Shown: one piece after another, positions 47,534 to 57,157 of the stretch
Layout of the letters: the number at the start of each line of letters is the position of its first letter
How positions within the stretch are numbered: the stretch's first letter is position 1
Position numbers and translations under genes: made by a program
DNA from: an uncultured Candidatus Saccharibacteria bacterium
GTDB taxonomy: Bacteria > Patescibacteriota > Saccharimonadia > Saccharimonadales > JALRHH01
NCBI GenBank assembly: GCA_964638875.1
Contig: CAZXBL010000001.1
Location: 489-64,488, forward strand
Reading direction: 5' to 3'
Length of the DNA: 64,000 nt
Notes under the pieces: generated by a model
The model's input: only the letters and a program-made list of their open reading frames with translations
Database searches by the model: none
Told to the model about the DNA's origin: nothing

Positions 47534-48349
47534 ATGACTTATAGTGAATTTATAGAGGCCACACTTAAAAGTGCTGGTCAAATTGCAGTAGCTAAGTTCG
47601 GGAATGTGAAACCCCTCACCAAGCCAGGTGATAATAACCAAGTTCTTACCGAGGCAGACTTAGCAATCGGTGAGTACATAGTTCAAGAAATCGAGAAAGT
47701 GTTCCCTAGCCACAATATAATTGATGAAGAGGCCGGGGCAATACAAAAGCACTCGACATTTACGTGGGTGGTTGACCCCATTGAAGGTACAAGTAACTTT
47801 GCAAGCGGATCAGAGGACTACGGCATAATGGTTGGATTACTGGAAGGTGCCACTCCAATCGCGGGCGGTATAATTCTGCCCTCGCAGAGAAAAATTTATC
47901 TTGCAGAAAAGGGTAAAGGAGCCTTCAAAAATCACCAGCCCATCCATGTTACTGAGGAGACAGACCTACTAAAGAAATTAGTATCCTATGGTATTGATGG
48001 CTACCAGGACAACCCAGAGCATACCCGGAGAGAGGGAAGGCTAGTTGCTGAAGTAGTACTCTCGATTCAAAACCTACGTAATGCCGGGTGCGAGGCAATA
48101 GACAGTATGCGGGTCGCTGAAGGTATCTATGGCGGTAGAATCAATATGACATCTAAAATTTGGGACAATGTAGCACCGCATATAATTATTGAAGAAGCCG
48201 GAGGCGTATGGACAGATATAGATGGTAACTCTATAGATTACAGTGAGCCACTTACGCGCATAGATCACAATTTCACAAATTGCGTTGGCAGTCCAGTGTT
48301 ACACGATTCCCTCATGAAAATTATCAAACAGTGGCAACCTCAAGCCTAG
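47534..48349 (+). CDS. Inositol monophosphatase family protein
   Basis: TEADL, IIDEE, WVVDPIEGTSNF, WDNVA..IIEEAGG. Confidence 0.92.
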   Translation: MTYSEFIEATLKSAGQIAVAKFGNVKPLTKPGDNNQVLTEADLAIGEYIVQEIEKVFPSHNIIDEEAGAIQKHSTFTWVVDPIEGTSNFASGSEDYGIMVGLLEGATPIAGGIILPSQRKIYLAEKGKGAFKNHQPIHVTEETDLLKKLVSYGIDGYQDNPEHTRREGRLVAEVVLSIQNLRNAGCEAIDSMRVAEGIYGGRINMTSKIWDNVAPHIIIEEAGGVWTDIDGNSIDYSEPLTRIDHNFTNCVGSPVLHDSLMKIIKQWQPQA

Positions 48350-48375
48350 GTGCCAGGGTGGGCTATACTTAGTGT

Positions 48376-48723
48376 ATGAGTGATCTGGACGATCTAAGAA
48401 AACGAGTAGTTGAATTTCGGGATGCACGAGATTGGAAACAGTTTCATAACCCTAAAGACATGGCTATTTCTCTCGCACTGGAAGCAGCAGAATTTCTAGA
48501 GCATTTTCAGTGGAAGTCCGATGCAGAGATATCAGCACATCTCAGTAAGCGGAAAGAAGAAGTTGAAGACGAGCTTGCAGACGTGCTTTACTGGGTGCTC
48601 CTCATTGCAAACGACCTAGATGTTGATCTAAAGAAAGCATTTACCAAGAAGTTAGAGAAATCTGCCGCTAAATACCCCATAGAGAAGTCCAAGGGGAAGC
48701 ACACGAAATATACCGAACTGTAA
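48376..48723 (+). CDS. MazG-like nucleotide pyrophosphohydrolase (dCTPase type)
   Basis: RDWKQFHNPK, EAAEFLEHFQW, ELADV, KYP. Confidence 0.92.
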   Translation: MSDLDDLRKRVVEFRDARDWKQFHNPKDMAISLALEAAEFLEHFQWKSDAEISAHLSKRKEEVEDELADVLYWVLLIANDLDVDLKKAFTKKLEKSAAKYPIEKSKGKHTKYTEL

Positions 48724-48777
48724 GTACTAGGAAGAATACTTGCCGGGAAACTTAAACTATATATGGGCCGACTTTGT

Positions 48778-49425
48778 CTACTGCTTGGCTTCTACTATTA
48801 CGCGGTCAGATTTAGCCGCGTTAGGTTTGAAGATGATGTACTGAGTGCCAGTTTCGACAGGGACTTCAAAGGTAACATCCCCTGATACTTTTCCGCCTGC
48901 AATCAAGTCACCTGAACTCAAATCGTTCGTACCACCGATATATATATCAAGAACTTGTCCACCAGAGGTTTGGATCCTGAAGTTAAACACATTGTATGGC
49001 TTTACTTCGTCACTGGTGTTTTCTATTGTGACGCTAGCAACGACGTATTGCTTGCCCTCTGGTGCTTTTATGAATTCGTTAACTGAGCTTGCGCGGTCAA
49101 TTGAGGCAACTGTTAGCTTGAGTCCGTCCACTGTACCAGCTTCGCCTACGGCTACTTCAACATCATTCTTCTGCTTATCAGCACGGTCGTTAAACCTGTA
49201 GGTCTTTTCATCATTCTGAGAAGTACCATTACTATTGTTATTGCTACCGTTATTTCCAGAATCACCACCACCAGCGGCGCTTGCAACGATTGCGATGAGG
49301 ATTATTACCAGAATCGCGGTCATAATCTTGTGCCTAGCGAACCAATTTCTCTGGTCTGCACGACAATTCGGACACTTTTTAGCATTTTCATCGATTTCTG
49401 TTTGACAAGATTTGCACTTCTTCAT
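48778..49425 (-). CDS. Zinc-ribbon/TM/DUF4352 domain protein
   Basis: CKSC...CPNC, TM, V.IEN.S...YN..F, L..G.V.G...FEVP; AAGGAGG SD. Confidence 0.82.
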   Translation of the reverse strand: MKKCKSCQTEIDENAKKCPNCRADQRNWFARHKIMTAILVIILIAIVASAAGGGDSGNNGSNNNSNGTSQNDEKTYRFNDRADKQKNDVEVAVGEAGTVDGLKLTVASIDRASSVNEFIKAPEGKQYVVASVTIENTSDEVKPYNVFNFRIQTSGGQVLDIYIGGTNDLSSGDLIAGGKVSGDVTFEVPVETGTQYIIFKPNAAKSDRVIVEAKQ

Positions 49426-49543
49426 GTCCCATTCCTCCTTGAAAATATAATTAACCTTACATCCATGATCTTCCTGTATTAGAGATAATGCAAGCATAAA
49501 TAAAATGATCTCAAGAATGCTTGAGATCAAAAACGATTATGGT

Positions 49544-49560
49544 TGGTGGGGGTGGTTGGA
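49544..49560 (-). repeat. Copy of the tRNA 3' end (att-like, 16/17 identical to 50089-50105)
   Basis: TGGTGGGGGTGGTTGGA vs TGGTGGGGGTGGTAGGA. Confidence 0.75.
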
Positions 49561-49568
49561 CTTAGTAT

Positions 49569-50033
49569 TTAGTCTTTTGCAAAATAGCCACGGAGCATAT
49601 CGGCAAACTTTAGGCGGGACACAGCATCTACAAATTCGGTTTTTTCGTGGTTGAGATACAGGTGGTCATTCGGATAACGAGGGAAGACGTGTGCGTGGAA
49701 GTGCCATACATCTTGGTTGCCACTAGGCTCATTGTGCTGTCTGGTGGAAACTCCGTCACATTTGTACTCTTGCTTCATGGCAAGGGCTATCTGCTTCACA
49801 ATTCTGTAAATCTCGGACAAAGCATCATCAGGGGTATCATAAATATTTTCAAAATGAGTGTTTGGAATAACAATTACGTGACCGGGGTTTTCAGCCCACC
49901 ACTTAGGAGATATAAAGGCTGTTACTGATTCGTTACGGTAAACTATATCATTTTGGTTTGTGTGGTTATCCTCACCGCCTTGAGCAATCTTGCAAAACGG
50001 ACATTGGTAGTCGGGCGGTTGATGATTGTACAT
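49569..50033 (-). CDS. HIT family hydrolase
   Basis: CPFC, GHVIVIP..H, QDVWHFHAHVFPR. Confidence 0.93.
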   Translation of the reverse strand: MYNHQPPDYQCPFCKIAQGGEDNHTNQNDIVYRNESVTAFISPKWWAENPGHVIVIPNTHFENIYDTPDDALSEIYRIVKQIALAMKQEYKCDGVSTRQHNEPSGNQDVWHFHAHVFPRYPNDHLYLNHEKTEFVDAVSRLKFADMLRGYFAKD

Positions 50034-50088
50034 GATTTCTATTTTACCTGACTTACTATTCTCAAATTATAAATGGCAAAAGATCTTA

Positions 50089-50164
50089 TGGTGGGGGTGG
50101 TAGGAATCGAACCTACTACCAAGTGGTTATGAGCCGCCTGCTCTAACCGATGAGCTACACCCCC
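50089..50164 (-). tRNA. tRNA with CAT anticodon, most likely tRNA-Ile2 (lysidine)
   Basis: 76-nt cloverleaf GGGGGTG...CACCCCC-A-CCA with GGTTCGATTCC; body GGTTAGAGCAGGCG.CTCATAA.C.CTTGGT resembles Ile2 rather than Met. Confidence 0.93.
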
Positions 50165-50357
50165 TCCAGAAAATCTTTTTATCAAAGAACTGCTCTAGTC
50201 ACGTCCCGCGACCCCGCGACTTCTGCCATGAAACAAGTTTTCAGGTGAAGGTCGCCTTGCAAACTGCCACAGGCAGTTCTCACACTGAGCTACACCCCCT
50301 ATTGTCAACGAGGTTAACAGAGGAGAGTATAGCATCTCATGTATAATATTCGAAGCT

Positions 50358-50807
50358 ATGATTGATAAAATCAAAAAATATTACAACCATAACTTTATAC
50401 AGCAGTTCAAGGATGTACGTTTTGCTGGTTTTGTGGTGTTTGGTATTTTGGTGCTGTTAGTGACATGGAGCGGGATATCAGTTATCGAAACAAACTATGA
50501 ACTACAAAAGCAGGTTTCTAAACTGGAACAAGAAAACCAAGTTTCGGTGCTGGAAAACAACAACCTCAAACTCCAGAACGAATACTACAACAGCGACCAA
50601 TACTTAGAATTAACTGCTCGTAGGCAGTTTGGTAAGGGGCAGCCAGGCGAGAAACTATTACTCGTTCCTAAAAGTGTGGCGCTGAAGCACACAGTAGAGA
50701 TCCCACAGGAGGAACGAGCAGCTGCAGCGACTCCAACCTTAAAGAAGCCATTTGTCCAAAAGAACGTCGAAGCTTGGGTCAACTTCTTCACGCACAGCGG
50801 CAACTAA
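50358..50807 (+). CDS. Septum formation initiator (FtsB/DivIC family)
   Basis: TM, coiled coil, YLE..AR..F....PGE. Confidence 0.85.
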   Translation: MIDKIKKYYNHNFIQQFKDVRFAGFVVFGILVLLVTWSGISVIETNYELQKQVSKLEQENQVSVLENNNLKLQNEYYNSDQYLELTARRQFGKGQPGEKLLLVPKSVALKHTVEIPQEERAAAATPTLKKPFVQKNVEAWVNFFTHSGN

Positions 50808-51871
50808 GTCTGTTGTAGGCTCAAACCAAGCTGCAGAGCAATTCTACCAAGCAAGGTGGGGCTTGTAGTCTCGTCAGTAGCCATAACTGTACTCAGAGTC
50901 CATATTCTCCGTTCGTGGGTGCCTAATTCGTCTACGATACGATCGTTTATGAGATCTAGGTGACGCGAAACAAACTCTTCACCCAAAGTCATACTAATAA
51001 TTTGCGTAATACGTTCGAGGCTCGGTTCGATCTTCGTCAGTTGTAGCAGCTCAACAACCGCGTTGATTACAGCATCGACCTGTTCTTCTGTCACCTCTAA
51101 CGCTGATTCAAGGGTTTCTTTGATGTCCGCGACAGCCTCTACGAATGTCTCTGTTACTTGCTTAGCTTCCTCTTTATTAGTTTCCACATCTAATAAATCG
51201 ATAAATGTCTCTATCTGGTCTTGTAGATTCTTTTCGCTTTGGTCCTCATTGGTAACTGAATCTATAAACTCTTCAAAAAACTCAGGAAGTAGTTCTTCTT
51301 GCCGTTCTACATTTATTTCGACCACTTCAGGCATTTTGGGTTCATACGGTGGCTCTGTGATATCTTGATCGTGTTTAGCTGCAATAACTTCATCTCTTTC
51401 TGTATCAGGAGTCTCAGAGCTAAGATCTGCCGTGATTATGTCGGCTGGCAGAATGACTACTTCGTTTACACTATCGGCTGTATTCTCTTTTTCTGGCACT
51501 GAAGTATGATGGAAAACTTTTACCTGTGGAGGAAAAAAATTTTCAACTGGTGAAGGGGGCTCCACGATTTCATTAGCTATGATGACATGTGAGGTCTCTA
51601 TCGAAACCGGCTGAGGGGGAATAGCAGGAGACTGTTCATGAACCAGCTTAGTAAGCTCGGTTGCTGTCTCCAGAGGAATCTCGACTTTTAGCTGGGGTAC
51701 AGGTAGGGAGGTTTCAACCACAGGCTCTTCACTAGCAGCGAAAAGTTCTCGAGCTACAGCCTCACGGTTACTTTCAGCCAAAACAAAAGTTGCCTTTTCG
51801 GAGGTAATTGCTTCAGGTTTTTTAGAAATTAACTGATCTGTGGCTGTTGGCCCTGAGAGGGGCTCATCAAT
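50804..51871 (-). CDS. Acidic hypothetical protein, probably the C-terminal part of a frameshift fusion with 51829-52158
   Basis: Frame is open back to the A9 run at 51871-51879; only a TTG start without SD. Confidence 0.6.
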   Translation of the reverse strand: MDEPLSGPTATDQLISKKPEAITSEKATFVLAESNREAVARELFAASEEPVVETSLPVPQLKVEIPLETATELTKLVHEQSPAIPPQPVSIETSHVIIANEIVEPPSPVENFFPPQVKVFHHTSVPEKENTADSVNEVVILPADIITADLSSETPDTERDEVIAAKHDQDITEPPYEPKMPEVVEINVERQEELLPEFFEEFIDSVTNEDQSEKNLQDQIETFIDLLDVETNKEEAKQVTETFVEAVADIKETLESALEVTEEQVDAVINAVVELLQLTKIEPSLERITQIISMTLGEEFVSRHLDLINDRIVDELGTHERRIWTLSTVMATDETTSPTLLGRIALQLGLSLQQT

Positions 51872-52158
51872 TTTTTTTTATCTTCCGCCAGGGCATCGGG
51901 CACTTCATCGCTATGCAAACCCACAATACTTTCGTTTTCATCGCGTACTAGGGCAGATCCACCTAAGATTGTTAGCGCTTGCTCGTCATCCATGCCGCTC
52001 TCAGCCAATAGCGAGTGGCTAGTAGCCATACCCCCAATGAATTTCTGGCCAATTTCAAGCTTACTGAATTCAGCAACAGTCATTTCTTCTTCACTTGCAC
52101 CAACGGGGCATCTAAGGCGTACGTTGCCAAATTGTTCTACGAACGTGTCCATACTCAT
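51829..52158 (-). CDS. Hypothetical protein with DKKK at an A9 run near its end
   Basis: 109-aa ORF; -10-like box upstream of ATG. Confidence 0.65.
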   Translation of the reverse strand: MSMDTFVEQFGNVRLRCPVGASEEEMTVAEFSKLEIGQKFIGGMATSHSLLAESGMDDEQALTILGGSALVRDENESIVGLHSDEVPDALAEDKKKLMSPSQGQQPQIS

Positions 52159-52232
52159 AATGCTTATACTATAACAGACAGCATACTAAATGAGCGACCG
52201 AAGCCGCTCATTTTTTGTTTATTTATGAACTG

Positions 52233-52799
52233 TTATTTTTTATCACTGCCTTTGAGGGCTGATTCAATGACATCACGTGGTAATGCTGCTGCTGATAGCA
52301 GGGCACTACGTACGGTTTCGACGGCACTGCCACCAACGGTGGTTGCGGCGTCTAATGCGCCTCCTACGGCAGCTTTAGCTGCTTCAGAGGTGTTTGAACC
52401 TACCTCTCCGGCAGTTTTGATAGCTCCTTGGACTGCGCCGACGGCTGCTTGCCCAACGTCCTTGCCGGTTTCTGCTGCTGCGCTAACGATACCTTGCGCA
52501 CCGCCCCTAACCGCTGTTAGTACGTCGCCGCCTACCTGACTGACGCCATTAACGACACCGCTCATTGTGCTGGTAGCCGTGTCTGTAATAGAAGTGCCCA
52601 CTTGTCCCGCACCGCGAACAGCACCGCTCGCGATTGAGGCAACTGCCTCAACACCAGCTCCAGCTACCTCACCACCGCCCTTTAATAGGTCGACGACTTG
52701 GTCTTTTACGCTGTCCCTGATCGCATCAAGAATGTTATCTACGCCCTTAACAGCCGCTGCAACTGCATCCGTTGCTTCTTCGATAATCCTTGCTAACAT
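52233..52799 (-). CDS. Gly/Ala/Val-rich protein with ~22-aa amphipathic repeats
   Basis: AGGAGG SD; repeated A...A..GA...A.EVG units. Confidence 0.8.
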   Translation of the reverse strand: MLARIIEEATDAVAAAVKGVDNILDAIRDSVKDQVVDLLKGGGEVAGAGVEAVASIASGAVRGAGQVGTSITDTATSTMSGVVNGVSQVGGDVLTAVRGGAQGIVSAAAETGKDVGQAAVGAVQGAIKTAGEVGSNTSEAAKAAVGGALDAATTVGGSAVETVRSALLSAAALPRDVIESALKGSDKK

Positions 52800-52891
52800 A
52801 AACCCTCCTTTTTTGTGGTTGTAGCCTCACTATAAGCTTTTTTTCAAAAAAGCACTAGCCAAATGTAACTATTTGTTGTTTCGTAAAGCTG

Positions 52892-53956
52892 TTAAAAGGC
52901 TTTACTGATCTGTCTGTGCCAGTTGCCGTCTCTGCCTATAGAAAAGCCAAGTCGTTGCGCAGGTACATCGTAAGCTCGTACAGCCATTTCTTTGCTTAGG
53001 TGGGGCTCGGTTTTATTTGCTGAAAAAATTGTTGTCCACTTGTTATTCTTGCCAGATTGTATACCAATGTTTGATATGCCTAGTTGTTTGGCGAGTTCCT
53101 CGGTGATATCTACCATAACCTTTTGCCAATCCAGGGTGGCTAGTCCTCTAGCCCCGACTGTCCCAGTAACGTATTCTTCGGTGTACCGCTTTTCAGGGTC
53201 AAGCCTTTTTGCCTGGACCCCTTGCAGTTGGTAGATTGTAAGCTCGTCTTGGTGAGAACGTGCCAAACCAACGGCAGCGTTAGGCTTGCCTTTATAATTC
53301 AGCACAAAACCGGTAGGAGCATCAAGCCATATAGAGTATGCGATAGTTGCATCACTTTCTGCATGGTAACCTTCTGCCGGTCCATCTGGCCTAAAGGAAC
53401 CGTTTACACTACGGATAGGAACTAAAGCATAATCATCTAGACGTTTTTCACTTAATTCAATGCCCGGTACTGCTGATTCAACCAGAATCTTTTTCAGATC
53501 TACTTTATCAAGTGCTCCACCTACCAGTTTCTCCATAAATAGGTACTGATCAAGTACGGTTTTACCTTTAGTGGTGAAGTTTCTTTGCCATTCCCATAGT
53601 CGACCTTTTTCGAACAAGCCTATATCAAAACTAGCATGTTTGGTTAGGCCTTTTTCAAATTTTTCCTTAGTGTCTGACACTCCAGCGTTAGCTGTAGCCC
53701 AGGCGAGCATTTCTAAGCCATAATTTTTAAAAACTACTTCGGCAGGCAAAGAGGTGATCACATGCTTGGCCTTAAACCATGCGTTCTGATCGCTATCTTC
53801 AAGCTCATCTAAAAAAGCAACAGGATCCTCTTGATCAACGATAATATCCGCGGCAACCAACATCTGCTCCAAAGGGAGCTCCCGTACCCACCGTTCATTA
53901 AACTGTTCCAGTACTTCCGGATCTGTATATAGTTCACTAGGAGCAACGACACTCAT
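52892..53956 (-). CDS. Hypothetical protein
   Basis: 354-aa ORF from MSVVAP; IYQLQG...YD..AQRLGF....GNW C-terminal domain. Confidence 0.7.
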   Translation of the reverse strand: MSVVAPSELYTDPEVLEQFNERWVRELPLEQMLVAADIIVDQEDPVAFLDELEDSDQNAWFKAKHVITSLPAEVVFKNYGLEMLAWATANAGVSDTKEKFEKGLTKHASFDIGLFEKGRLWEWQRNFTTKGKTVLDQYLFMEKLVGGALDKVDLKKILVESAVPGIELSEKRLDDYALVPIRSVNGSFRPDGPAEGYHAESDATIAYSIWLDAPTGFVLNYKGKPNAAVGLARSHQDELTIYQLQGVQAKRLDPEKRYTEEYVTGTVGARGLATLDWQKVMVDITEELAKQLGISNIGIQSGKNNKWTTIFSANKTEPHLSKEMAVRAYDVPAQRLGFSIGRDGNWHRQISKAF

Positions 53957-54019
53957 ATATATAATTATACAATATAACCATATATATAGCAATAACAAAT
54001 GGCAAACTTAAGGTCGAGC

Positions 54020-54667
54020 TTAAATTTCTTTTAAGACTTCGCGTAAGTCATTGATAACGTAGTCTGGCTTTATGTCAGTATTGGCTTCTACGCCAGGGTG
54101 ATTATAGAAGTATGTTGTTCCTTGAGTGATCTCATTTAGGTCCATATCACTTTGTGAGTCACCAATAATGACAACTTGCTCAAAGTTTTTACCAACCAAA
54201 TAGTTCTTTAATGCATCCTTTTTATCGCCATGCTTCTCATGTGCGTTAACCCCTATAACCTTTTCATCAGAAAAGAATTTCTTGGCCCCGACTGCATTTA
54301 CGAACCATAAGAGGTCACTTGGACGTGTGTTAGATAGAATTATCTGATCATGCCCAGTTTTCTGGATAGCTTCTAAAACAGATAGGGAATGATCACTTGG
54401 CTTTATGTGTTTAGCGAGGATATCGAGATTCTTTTCAGCAAAGGTAAAACACGCAGCTTGCAGTGCCATGTGCTGCTCATGCGTCAGACCAGGAAGCAGT
54501 TTTTCAAAGTACTGAAACCACTTTAAACCGTAGTAATCTCTGTTGTTCTTCTCACTGAACCGTTCGACATAACCAGCTTCCTCGAGGACTCTATTTGAGA
54601 TATCAAGTACGGCTAAATCATTATCCTTCTCAAGCACTCCGTGAAAATCCCAAACAAATAGTTTCAT
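54020..54667 (-). CDS. HAD family hydrolase
   Basis: FVWDFHGVL, ILSNT, IIGDSQSD. Confidence 0.85.
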   Translation of the reverse strand: MKLFVWDFHGVLEKDNDLAVLDISNRVLEEAGYVERFSEKNNRDYYGLKWFQYFEKLLPGLTHEQHMALQAACFTFAEKNLDILAKHIKPSDHSLSVLEAIQKTGHDQIILSNTRPSDLLWFVNAVGAKKFFSDEKVIGVNAHEKHGDKKDALKNYLVGKNFEQVVIIGDSQSDMDLNEITQGTTYFYNHPGVEANTDIKPDYVINDLREVLKEI

Positions 54668-54704
54668 CCGCTAATCATACCAAATAATTTGAGTAGGTCG
54701 GAGG

Positions 54705-55850
54705 TTAAGCTCGTGCGGGGGTAACTCTTGTACAGGCTAACGATACAAGTGCAGCCAAGACAAAGAGAATACTAAAACCAACTGAATGGGTGAAGATGGA
54801 TAGCAGCAAGAACACTAAAGCGAACAGAACAACATATGCAACATCACAAGCAATCTCCATGGAGAGTATGTATGACATACCCTTATTACGGGTATGTGCA
54901 TAATACGTACTCGTCCAGGGGTTTATTTGGTATCTAAAACAGATCATCCAGATGATATTTATGAAACTAATCATTACAGCTGATGCAGGCAGTAGTCGGA
55001 GCAGGTGAGCTATAAATGTCGCAATAGAACCCTCCATGAGCACCTTATGGGTACCAACATTATCATTTCTATTGCCAACAAATATCAAGAATACCACAGT
55101 ACCAAGAGCACCTATCGTCGTTACGATTCCGATGGAGGAGATATTTCCGAGCACAAGCGCAAGATACATTGGCCAGACAAACACCCCAATTGCGGAGTGA
55201 AAATTAAAAGCAAAGTTAGCCAGTAAATCTCGTTTAGGCGCATGGGTGAGATTGTACTTTAGCTCTAGTTGGGGGATATGTCCGCCTGCTTCTCTGTCTA
55301 TATCTCTCAGCCAGAAAACGCTGCCAGCAATACTCGCTATTGCAAGGTAAAGCGGCCACTGTTCGTTCAGCACAAGCGCTAAAACAGCAGACACTGCGGG
55401 TGCCAGGCTCGCAGCAATCATATCAGCAGAATCTATTCGAGCTATATCTTTGCCTTTGCGCTCCATATTGATAACGCGTGAAATGTGGATATGTTGAGCA
55501 TTCCACTGAAAAGCATTTGTGACTGCAAGCATACAAGCCATAAGCCAGACCATCTCCAGAGGTTTGCCACTGACTATAGCGACCAGGCAAAGTAGGTAAG
55601 CTACGTAGGCTACACGCGCAATAATCAATGAAAGACGTGCGCCAAAACGGTTAGTAAGTCGCATGGTTTGATAGTTAATGATCAGTTTAAACGTGGCGTA
55701 AACCAGGTAGAACCCGCTAACCTCAAGTATTGAAAAGCCTCTTTGAATCAAGAGTAAAGGAACGAAGACTTCTATTAACGCCCCACCGAAATGTCTTAAT
55801 GTATTTGCAACAGTGATGTTAACGAGATCTTTGTGTAGTAATGACTTCAT
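54705..55850 (-). CDS. MFS transporter
   Basis: About 12 TMs; NRFGAR loop motif. Confidence 0.82.
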   Translation of the reverse strand: MKSLLHKDLVNITVANTLRHFGGALIEVFVPLLLIQRGFSILEVSGFYLVYATFKLIINYQTMRLTNRFGARLSLIIARVAYVAYLLCLVAIVSGKPLEMVWLMACMLAVTNAFQWNAQHIHISRVINMERKGKDIARIDSADMIAASLAPAVSAVLALVLNEQWPLYLAIASIAGSVFWLRDIDREAGGHIPQLELKYNLTHAPKRDLLANFAFNFHSAIGVFVWPMYLALVLGNISSIGIVTTIGALGTVVFLIFVGNRNDNVGTHKVLMEGSIATFIAHLLRLLPASAVMISFINIIWMICFRYQINPWTSTYYAHTRNKGMSYILSMEIACDVAYVVLFALVFLLLSIFTHSVGFSILFVLAALVSLACTRVTPARA

Positions 55851-56155
55851 GATTTAGATTTGAGGGGGCGTTTCCTTTTTTCGTATTCTACGGTGAAGAA
55901 GGAGCCTAGCGCGGCACCTATTGCTATCGGAATAATGTACAGATAGTTAGAGACAATTGCTGCGATTTCGACTGCCAAAGTTATGTACAGAATGAAGGTG
56001 ACGGACGCGGATTTTAAGGATTTATGCTGTGTTAGTGAAAAGGTCAGGGAAGAATCCAGCATCTCGACCATCAAATAGAAAAGGAACAGCCCAATTGCCC
56101 ATAGAAAACTAAAATCCCACCAAGCTTCGGTCAGCGACATTAGCTCTATATTCAT
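55847..56155 (-). CDS. Small membrane protein
   Basis: Three TMs; PIAIGAALGSF. Confidence 0.7.
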   Translation of the reverse strand: MNIELMSLTEAWWDFSFLWAIGLFLFYLMVEMLDSSLTFSLTQHKSLKSASVTFILYITLAVEIAAIVSNYLYIIPIAIGAALGSFFTVEYEKRKRPLKSKS

Positions 56156-56178
56156 GTAGCTATCATAACAAAGTCATG

Positions 56179-57072
56179 CTACGGCAGGTGTTGCCCTCCG
56201 GTCACACCGATGATTTCACCAGTTACAAAGCTTGATTCCTGAGAAGCCAAATAAACGTAAGCAGGGGCTAACTCCGCGGGCTGCCCGGCACGACCAAGCG
56301 GCGTCTGTTCGCCAAATTTGACCAGTTTTTCCATCGGTTGACCGTAGCTTGGTTGCAGCGGTGTCCAGATAGGACCAGGTGCAACACCATTTACGCGAAT
56401 TCCCTTAGGCGCGAGTTGTTTTCCAAGCCCGTGTGTAAAATTAGCAATTGCAGCCTTGGTACTAGCGTAGTCCAGCAAACCCTCAGAGGGTTGGTAAGCC
56501 TGAATCGAGGTAGTGTTGATAATACTAGCACCTTTTGGCATGTGCGGCAGAGCAGCTTTAACCAACCAAAACATCGCCATAATATTAGTTTTGAAGGTTG
56601 ATTCAATCTGCTCGTTGCTAAGTTCTAATATGTCTTCGCAGAATAATTGGCGGCCTGCGTTGTTTACCAAAATATCCAGTCCACCGAGTGCCTTAACGGC
56701 AGAATCTACTAGTTGTTCACAGAATTTGGGGTCACTGATATCCCCAGGACAAGCGGCAACAGTGCATTCTTCTTGCTCAATAAGTTTTATAATTGATTGC
56801 GCATCTTCCTCTTCTGACGGCAGATAGTTCATAACAATATCAGCGCCTTCTCGGGCATAGGCAATAGCTACTGCCGCACCAATGCCAGAGTCTGCCCCTG
56901 TGATCAGTGCTTTACGTCCCTGTAGCCTGCCATGCCCTACATAGGTTTCTTCGCCGTGGTCTGCCTGAGGCTGAAGTTTTGCGTCGAGCCCAGGTTCATC
57001 CTGGCGTTGTTCTGGTATCTTGAGTTTTGGGTACTGAGTTACCGGGTCCTGCATAGTAAACTGGTCTGCCAT
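56179..57072 (-). CDS. SDR family oxidoreductase (YghA-like)
   Basis: [35 protein letters not shown]. Confidence 0.93.
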   Translation of the reverse strand: MADQFTMQDPVTQYPKLKIPEQRQDEPGLDAKLQPQADHGEETYVGHGRLQGRKALITGADSGIGAAVAIAYAREGADIVMNYLPSEEEDAQSIIKLIEQEECTVAACPGDISDPKFCEQLVDSAVKALGGLDILVNNAGRQLFCEDILELSNEQIESTFKTNIMAMFWLVKAALPHMPKGASIINTTSIQAYQPSEGLLDYASTKAAIANFTHGLGKQLAPKGIRVNGVAPGPIWTPLQPSYGQPMEKLVKFGEQTPLGRAGQPAELAPAYVYLASQESSFVTGEIIGVTGGQHLP

Positions 57073-57157
57073 AACAGCCTCCTGTATTTACAATTTCTAG
57101 GTAATCAATATTATTAAATAACCCAGGATCTGTGGCTGTTAGATATGGTACAGATTC

